From: an uncultured Anaerolineaceae bacterium | GTDB taxonomy: Bacteria > Chloroflexota > Anaerolineae > Anaerolineales > UBA4823 | Reading direction: 5' to 3' | DNA: 64,000 nucleotides | Assembly (NCBI GenBank): GCA_964547225.1 | Contig: CAZJMV010000113.1 | Span: 2,543-66,542, forward strand | Part shown: positions 57,971 to 64,000 of the stretch, piece after piece | Numbering within the stretch: position 1 is the first letter of the stretch | Layout of the letters: every line of letters begins with the position of its first letter | Notes under the pieces: model-generated | What the model saw: only the letters and a program-made list of their open reading frames with translations | Database searches by the model: none | What the model was told of the DNA's origin: nothing | Translations under genes and position numbers: made by a program

Positions 57971-59698
57971 TTATTTTAAACCGGCATTAAATTCTGAGTA
58001 AAAGTGCTTCAGCGCAGAATTCACTGGAATTGATACAGATTGACCTAAACCACAAAATGAAGACTCAAACATATAATTTGATAGTTGTGAGATCTCCTCA
58101 ATATCCCCCGACTTTCCATTCTTGTTTATGAACTCTCCTAAGATTTGATGTAGGCGGTGTGTACCAACTCGACAAGGAGTGCATTTTCCACAAGATTCTA
58201 CTTTGAAGAAATAAAGTAATTGGTGTAAAAATTCTACTACAGAGATGGATTGATCCATGAATAAAAACGCTCCTGCACCTAGGGATACTCCCTTTGCAGC
58301 AGATTGATAATTAATGGGGATATCTAATAACGATTCTGGGACTATTGTCCCCGCGGCTCCTCCGGTTAGAGCAAATTTGAAATTTGATCCTGATCTCATT
58401 CCTCCGGCATACTGATCTAAGAATTGTCTTAGTGTGAGGTCAAAGGGAGCTTCAAATAGACCGGGATTGTTTACATGCCCTAGCACCATATATAGTTTCG
58501 TCCCAGGGGTTTCTTTTCCACTCAAGGATTGGTACCAATCTGCGCCATTACGCAAAATAGCAGGAATTGTGGCAAATGATTCAACGTTATTCACATCTGT
58601 AGGTGAATTCCGAAATCCTTTACTGGGGGGATAGGGAGGTCTAATTCTGGGTTCTCCCCTTTTTCCTTCTAGAGACTCAATCAGCGCTGTCTCCTCTCCA
58701 CAAATATAAGCGCCTGCTCCTCGATGAACATGAATATGGAAGGAAAAGGTTGAATCTTGGATTCTCTCCCCTAACCATCCCATTTCTATTGCTTGTTGAA
58801 TGGCTTTTTCTAATCTCTGTGCTTGTAATTCATACTCCCCGCGGATATAAATATATGCTTCACTTGCGCCTGTGGCATATCCTGCGATTGCCATTCCCTC
58901 TAATATCAAGTGTGGATTTGTTTCCATCAATACACGATCTTTGAAAATTAATGGTTCGGATTCATCTGCGTTACAGATAATATATTTCTGTTTACCTTTT
59001 GACTCTGCAACAAAACGCCATTTTCTTCCGACAGGAAATCCTGCACCTCCTCTTCCTGCTAAGCCGGATGCTTCAACTTGATCGATAATATCGGAAGGTT
59101 TTATTTTAAGGGCTTTCTCTAGACCTAGATATGCTCCATGCTCGAACGCTGATTGAATTGATTCGGGATCAATTTTTCCTGTGTTTTCCAGCATGACCCG
59201 AAGTTCACCATAGCGTGGTTTTGAGTAGTTGGGATTTTCACCAATCCATTCCGAGGGAGGTGTGTGAATATGATCGAAATTCACTGGACCAGCTTGTTTA
59301 TCGCCAACTAAAACAGCAGGAGCACGATCGCATAAACCTAAGCAACTGCTGCGTTCTACTTTCCATTCAGGGTGGTCTTTTAGAACGTCATTGATTTTTG
59401 CCTCGATCTCCGCTGAACCATGAAGTCTGCAAACCGGCCCATCACATATTCGAATGGTCTTCTTTTCAATTGGTTCTAATGAAAGCATTGAATAAAAAGA
59501 AGCTACCCCATAAGCATGATGTTCAGGTATCTTTAATGCCTTGGCAACATCTGATACCTTTTCGTTTTTTAAATATCCATCCGCAAGATTAATTTCCTTC
59601 AAGATCTCTAAAAGCGCTTCATGATCTTTTTCATACTTGCTAGCTAGTTCAGTAATGCTAGGGTCTACGGTTCTAGTTGTCTTATAATGCTTTGTCAT
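57971..59698 (-). CDS. Formate dehydrogenase beta subunit, NuoE-like plus NuoF-like fusion (NAD/FMN/Fe-S)
   Basis: N-terminal thioredoxin-like 2Fe-2S (ICDGPVCRLHG...CLGLCDRAP), then the NuoF FMN site GLAGRGGAGFPVGRKW and the 4Fe-4S motif ESCGKCTPCRVG. Confidence 0.85.
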   Translation of the reverse strand: MTKHYKTTRTVDPSITELASKYEKDHEALLEILKEINLADGYLKNEKVSDVAKALKIPEHHAYGVASFYSMLSLEPIEKKTIRICDGPVCRLHGSAEIEAKINDVLKDHPEWKVERSSCLGLCDRAPAVLVGDKQAGPVNFDHIHTPPSEWIGENPNYSKPRYGELRVMLENTGKIDPESIQSAFEHGAYLGLEKALKIKPSDIIDQVEASGLAGRGGAGFPVGRKWRFVAESKGKQKYIICNADESEPLIFKDRVLMETNPHLILEGMAIAGYATGASEAYIYIRGEYELQAQRLEKAIQQAIEMGWLGERIQDSTFSFHIHVHRGAGAYICGEETALIESLEGKRGEPRIRPPYPPSKGFRNSPTDVNNVESFATIPAILRNGADWYQSLSGKETPGTKLYMVLGHVNNPGLFEAPFDLTLRQFLDQYAGGMRSGSNFKFALTGGAAGTIVPESLLDIPINYQSAAKGVSLGAGAFLFMDQSISVVEFLHQLLYFFKVESCGKCTPCRVGTHRLHQILGEFINKNGKSGDIEEISQLSNYMFESSFCGLGQSVSIPVNSALKHFYSEFNAGLK

Positions 59699-59707
59699 AA
59701 TTCTCCT

Positions 59708-60523
59708 TTATGATTTGTTTATTTGCCAATCGATTTGGCTATCTAAGGAAATCCGTTCTGGATGAGTATAAATTCTAAAGCCCGGACGTCTTGCGTAACC
59801 AACAATCGTAATACCTGCTGATTCAGCAAGTTTGATAGATAACGAAGTTGGTGAAGAGCGGGATATGATAATTGGTACTTGCATTTGTGCTGCTTTTTGT
59901 AACATGTCGGAACTAACCCTGCCCGTAGTTACGATTAACATGCTTTCTTCTTGAATATTTTCCATTAACATTCGACCAGCTATTTTGTCAAGTGTATTAT
60001 TACGTCCAATATCTTCGGTAATGAGGATAATATCATTACTGTTTGTTAGCGCAGATGTATGCACACCACCTGATTTCTTATAAAGAGATTGATAATCAAT
60101 GAGTAAATGGTTTAATTTGATGATTTGGTCAGGAGTTAATCTGTTATTATTGGGTATTTTCTTTGAAACAAGATCAAATTGTTCGGATTTCTCTCTAATT
60201 GGTGAAATTCCACCAGTACAACCAGAGGCTCTTCGCCATTCACCAGGTTCCTTGATCTCATGATGCAACCATACATCTATATTTTGTCCATGTTTACAAA
60301 CCCTTACCGAAGCAATTTCATCAAAGTTTTTTATAAGTCCTTCGTTAAATAAAAACCCCACTGCAAGAGCATCTAAATCTATCGGTGTACACATAAATGT
60401 CAGCCAGACGTTGCCATTAATGGATAAAGAAACGGCGGCTTCTCTTATGATTTCAGTTTTAATGGATTTAAAATCATGCCCGTTCACATCGATAAATTCT
60501 GATTTTATATGAGTATCAAACAT
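59708..60523 (-). CDS. fdhD: Formate dehydrogenase accessory sulfurtransferase FdhD
   Basis: 271 aa. EAAVSLSINGN, the loop ASGCTGG, GGVHTSAL and the ISRSSPTSL..A...GITIVGYAR pattern typical of FdhD. First gene of the fdh operon. Confidence 0.85.
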   Translation of the reverse strand: MFDTHIKSEFIDVNGHDFKSIKTEIIREAAVSLSINGNVWLTFMCTPIDLDALAVGFLFNEGLIKNFDEIASVRVCKHGQNIDVWLHHEIKEPGEWRRASGCTGGISPIREKSEQFDLVSKKIPNNNRLTPDQIIKLNHLLIDYQSLYKKSGGVHTSALTNSNDIILITEDIGRNNTLDKIAGRMLMENIQEESMLIVTTGRVSSDMLQKAAQMQVPIIISRSSPTSLSIKLAESAGITIVGYARRPGFRIYTHPERISLDSQIDWQINKS

Positions 60524-60614
60524 TAAACCTTTTTCTTTTATTGATATCTGAGTTTATTCTATCAACAGTGTCTTGGATAAGTAATAGGCACTCAATTTCA
60601 TTCACTATGGTTAG

Positions 60615-61853
60615 TTAATTGTCCAATTTCCAATAAGAAATTTGTTGTAGATTAACTGAAAAGTCTTGTTCTATAGTTGTTCGTATCGTAGGTCCATATA
60701 AACCACTAGGATAAGCGTTGTCAAGAAATTCGTAGATTAACATTCCGTTTATGTATAGTTGAAATAGATCCCCTCTTGCCAATACGCCCATTGCATTTGT
60801 TTGACCTTCTCCTTTTTTGATATTCTGATGGGGTGTCCAATCAACGATACTATTGTAATTACCATTATCCATACGATAAATGCGATAATTTCCATCACAA
60901 GAGATGGTGAATATATAACCAGTATCAATAATCCCATCAGGTTGGTCGGGGGCTCTAACTATCATTCCATAACTATCTTTCCCTTTACAAGGATTTATCG
61001 TGTTGAAAATGATCTCTAAAGCGAAATTGTCGATATAACCATTCGCTACTCTCCATTGATCTCCTGAGGGGGAAAAAGCAGTTATCTTTAGACGATTGTT
61101 TTTTACTTCAAACTTGGTTGTCGAATCGCTCCCTAGAGGAAAGATACTGGTGCCTTGATTAAAGCTCTGAGACCATGTGGGCGAATCGAAAGTGAAATTC
61201 TGTGGAGTGATTGTTTCTACTTGACCTTCAACTATAATTTTCACCCAAAAAGGAACACTACCATCATCACCTAATCCAAATATCAAGCCTTCTGTACTTC
61301 GTAATTTCCAATAGCCTTGATATTGTCCAGCCACTTCTGGGGCAGTTTGAGGTAAATTTATCTCAATTGTATTGCCCGGTGAGACCGTTTGACCAATTGG
61401 GGATGGACTAGTACCTCCAAGTTGGTCTCCTTCTTGAAAAACAATTTCATATTCTGGTGTCCATGTACATGTACCGGAATTCTGGAAAACCCAACTCTTG
61501 ATGAAGGCTTGATTGGGTGGGAATTTACTATTGTCCGGATAAGTCTCATTGATGAATTTAGCTAGATTTGTACAATCGGTATCGGAGGGTGTGGTTTGGG
61601 TTAATACTGGTTGAGTTGGAGATGAGATGGGTTGTGTTGGGGAAGGCGCCTCATTGGTTACAGTATTTTGAATAACAGGTGTAGATTCTACTGGTGAAGT
61701 AGCTGAATATTTGAGAAGCTGTTCAATGGCGATGGAGGTTTGTGTTTGGTTTAAGAATACAGAAATATCATCCGCTTCAGATTTTCTTGGCATATTACAG
61801 GATGAAAATAATATAAAAGATATCACTAATAAAATGAAATTGGTTTTCTTCAT
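60615..61853 (-). CDS. Lipoprotein-like protein: NBR1/FW-type Ig domain plus C-terminal beta-sandwich (concanavalin/LamG-like) domain
   Basis: LFSSC, a linker, then CTNLAKFINETYPDNSKFPPNQAFIKSWVFQNSGTCTWTPEYEIVFQEGDQLGG. The C-terminal ~190 aa is beta-rich (YGMIVRAPD..., GDLFQLYINGMLIYEF). The fold assignment is tentative. Confidence 0.55.
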   Translation of the reverse strand: MKKTNFILLVISFILFSSCNMPRKSEADDISVFLNQTQTSIAIEQLLKYSATSPVESTPVIQNTVTNEAPSPTQPISSPTQPVLTQTTPSDTDCTNLAKFINETYPDNSKFPPNQAFIKSWVFQNSGTCTWTPEYEIVFQEGDQLGGTSPSPIGQTVSPGNTIEINLPQTAPEVAGQYQGYWKLRSTEGLIFGLGDDGSVPFWVKIIVEGQVETITPQNFTFDSPTWSQSFNQGTSIFPLGSDSTTKFEVKNNRLKITAFSPSGDQWRVANGYIDNFALEIIFNTINPCKGKDSYGMIVRAPDQPDGIIDTGYIFTISCDGNYRIYRMDNGNYNSIVDWTPHQNIKKGEGQTNAMGVLARGDLFQLYINGMLIYEFLDNAYPSGLYGPTIRTTIEQDFSVNLQQISYWKLDN

Positions 61854-61875
61854 ATCATTTTCCTGAATACTATTT

Positions 61876-62733
61876 TTAATAGATAGATGCTAAATATTCC
61901 ATAACGGAATCTTCAATGGTGATTTCACTATTAAGGACTTTCTTTTGGTATCTCTCAGACCATGTATATAAATAAGAACGGCTGTCTTTTAATTCTTTTA
62001 AGACGATTTTTATTAAAGGACCTGCGTCTTCAATATATCCGGTGGAAAAGAAATCCTTTTCTGATCTTCCTATATCATATTCTACCCGATTAATTTGATG
62101 TCTCCAAATACCATCTTTGAATTCAAGTTTTACATACGCTGCACGATAATCTTGATCAAATGGAAGTCCTACAGAGCCAACATTGATGATCTTGGATGTA
62201 CTAATTTCTTTGTACATTGTTCGATGTGTATGTCCAACACAATATACTTTCGGGAGATGGTTATGGAGATCATCTTCTGTGATTTCCAGTTTTTCTTTTA
62301 ACTCGGAAATACTTGTTTCGGGATATATACCATCTCGGATACCTCTCATGGATGCATGGATGAAACGCAGCTCATCTCCATTTGGATCATAAATACTTTG
62401 TTGAAAAGGAAGAGATTTAATGTTCGCTACGCTCCCGATTTTCTCTAAAGTCCAAATAGAAGCTCTATGAACGTCAAGCGATGCTTGATCCCTTGGCGCA
62501 TCAAGAAGACTTTGATCAATGACATAATTCTCATGATTTCCTTTTAGAACTAACCAGTTATCTATCTCTTCTTTTTCCATGATGTATTCCAAACATTCAC
62601 GTGGTCTTGGACCTCTATTAATAATGTCCCCGCATACTACTACAAAATCTGGATGCCAATGGTCGATTTCATTAACCACAGTTTTCAGTGCTTCAAAATT
62701 CGCATGAATATCGGAAATGACAGCAATTTTCAA
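61876..62733 (-). CDS. Metallophosphoesterase family protein
   Basis: IAVISDIHAN, CGDIINRGP, GNHE and GHTH motifs. Start moved to TTG 62733, 5 nt after AAGGAG. This removes the 47-bp overlap with the ABC gene implied by the ORF track. Confidence 0.8.
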   Translation of the reverse strand: MKIAVISDIHANFEALKTVVNEIDHWHPDFVVVCGDIINRGPRPRECLEYIMEKEEIDNWLVLKGNHENYVIDQSLLDAPRDQASLDVHRASIWTLEKIGSVANIKSLPFQQSIYDPNGDELRFIHASMRGIRDGIYPETSISELKEKLEITEDDLHNHLPKVYCVGHTHRTMYKEISTSKIINVGSVGLPFDQDYRAAYVKLEFKDGIWRHQINRVEYDIGRSEKDFFSTGYIEDAGPLIKIVLKELKDSRSYLYTWSERYQKKVLNSEITIEDSVMEYLASIY

Positions 62734-62752
62734 AGGTACTCCTTGCAGGTTT

Positions 62753-64000
62753 TTAACTGAAATTACCAGATTGAAGGCTATACTCACCGATCTTTTCATC
62801 CATTTGGTATTGGAATTGCCTTGAATATAATCTATAGTAGTGTTTTTTATTTCTCAATAGTTCATCGTGAGAACCCATTTCTTCGATTCTTCCATTTTTA
62901 ATAACAATGATTCGATTAACCCGTCTAATGGTTGACAATCGATGAGCAATAATGATGCTTGTGCGGTTTTTCATCAATGCTTCTAAACCTCTTTGGATCA
63001 GAGATTCTGTTAGAGTATCTACTGAACTTGTCGCTTCGTCTAAAATAAATATATCAGGATCAGCTAGAATTGCTCTAGCAATGCTAATTAATTGTTTTTG
63101 TCCAGTCGATAAAAGGTTACCACCTTCTCCTACATCTGTTTCGTATTTATTATCTAATTTCATGATGAACTCATCTGCACCAGCTAGCTTACAGGCAGTC
63201 TCAATCTCGTCTTGAGTTGCGTCTAATTTACCATATCTGATATTCTCCCTGATCGATCCTGAAAAAAGATGTGGGGTTTGTAAAACCAAACCGATTCGAG
63301 ACTGAAGTGATGATAGGTTGATCTTTGAATATTCAATCCCATTGATGCGGATTGTGCCACTAGTTGGTTCATAAAACCGACAAAGAAGATTCACGATGGT
63401 TGTTTTTCCGCCTCCGGTTGGTCCAACCAGAGCGATTGTTTCACCTTGGTTTATATTTAGACTGAAATCCTTGATCACTTCTTCATCATCCTCATAATGA
63501 AAGTTTACTTGATCAAATTCGATATTGCCTGATACTGACTCGATAGACATTGCATTCGGATGGTTTTTTATTTTGATATCCGCATCAAGTAGTGAAAAGA
63601 TCCTTTCTCCAGAGGCAATAGATTGTTGCATTTCTGCATAGACCCTGGCAATGTCTTGGATAGGCCACATCATAAAACTGATATAGGAAATAAAAGCTTG
63701 TATGCCACCTATTGTCATTCCTCCGATTTGAGCTTGCCAACCTCCATACCATACTATACTACCTAACGCGAAGGCACTGATAATTTGTACTGCAGGTAAG
63801 AATAGAGCTGACAACCAAGCAGCACGATAACTGGATCGATACATTTTTCCAGTCAATTTACTAAATTCTTCGAGATTCTCTTTTTCACGACCAAGCGCTT
63901 TTACGACTCTGATACCAGAAATATTTTCATTATAAGCAGCTGTGATTTTCGAATTCTGTTTTCTTGCCTCGCGATATTCCTTGAGTATTTTTTTTCGAAA
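62753..64000 (-). CDS. ABC exporter, fused permease/ATPase (MsbA/multidrug type), N-terminus outside window
   Basis: Walker A GPTGGGKTT, signature LSTGQKQ, Walker B IFILDEATS. The frame stays open upstream of the track's Met (63856) to position 64000 (…ITAAYNENISGIRVVKALGREKENLEEF…). The gene therefore continues beyond the window. Confidence 0.9.
   Translation of the reverse strand, partial: FRKKILKEYREARKQNSKITAAYNENISGIRVVKALGREKENLEEFSKLTGKMYRSSYRAAWLSALFLPAVQIISAFALGSIVWYGGWQAQIGGMTIGGIQAFISYISFMMWPIQDIARVYAEMQQSIASGERIFSLLDADIKIKNHPNAMSIESVSGNIEFDQVNFHYEDDEEVIKDFSLNINQGETIALVGPTGGGKTTIVNLLCRFYEPTSGTIRINGIEYSKINLSSLQSRIGLVLQTPHLFSGSIRENIRYGKLDATQDEIETACKLAGADEFIMKLDNKYETDVGEGGNLLSTGQKQLISIARAILADPDIFILDEATSSVDTLTESLIQRGLEALMKNRTSIIIAHRLSTIRRVNRIIVIKNGRIEEMGSHDELLRNKKHYYRLYSRQFQYQMDEKIGEYSLQSGNFS

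Noticed and set aside
1-64000. Scan for tRNA/rRNA genes, CRISPR arrays, IS elements, integrases, toxin-antitoxin pairs, restriction-modification genes or known defence genes.
   Set aside because: None found. I saw no T-loop-like GGTTCGAATCC-type motifs in intergenic DNA, no regularly spaced repeats, and no transposase, recombinase or nuclease-type translations in the ORF track. The window looks like core chromosome rather than an accessory island.

Overview
AT-rich bacterial chromosomal segment with about 55 tightly packed protein-coding genes, most on the minus strand. I found no rRNA, tRNA, CRISPR array, transposase, integrase or phage module. All family calls come from reading motifs in the supplied translations and in my own translation of the window edges; no searches were run.

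Content is mostly core functions:
- galK (cut by the left edge and absent from the ORF track), a lactate permease, a Pat-like acetyl-CoA synthetase/GNAT fusion, rarA, hom and rpsA.
- Two thiolases plus hbd, a Feo iron-uptake cluster, murJ, xseAB and prs.
- A glycerol cluster: glpK, a fused glpA-glpB, and glpC.
- A NAD-type formate dehydrogenase operon: fdhD, a NuoE/F-like beta subunit, and the alpha subunit.
- An ABC exporter that runs past the right edge.

Pro/Thr-rich linkers, NBR1/FW-type Ig domains, SH3b repeats and DUF3090 suggest Chloroflexota (Anaerolineae-like), at low confidence.

Several ORF-track N-termini look over-extended. I moved those starts to in-frame ATG or TTG codons that have GGAG-type ribosome-binding sites.

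There is no obvious defence island or mobile island. The best candidates for something undescribed are:
1. A soluble 1018-aa protein with two atypical kinase-like domains, next to a membrane-anchored TPR-like protein with an extracytoplasmic SH3b-like module (20431-25308). Upstream lies an unusually long intergenic region holding an 11-bp-period direct repeat and a GC-rich hairpin.
2. A Feo cluster with a membrane-anchored DtxR-(FeoA)2 fusion, a cleanly split FeoB, a second DtxR paralogue and a DtxR-box-like operator.
3. Four paralogous lipoprotein-like NBR1/FW-domain proteins bracketing the formate dehydrogenase operon.
4. A 1294-aa 7TM-PAS-GAF-GGDEF sensor embedded in the glycerol catabolic genes next to a GlpA-GlpB fusion.
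5. An S8 protease fused to a ~12-TM domain.

All functional links between neighbouring genes are inference.
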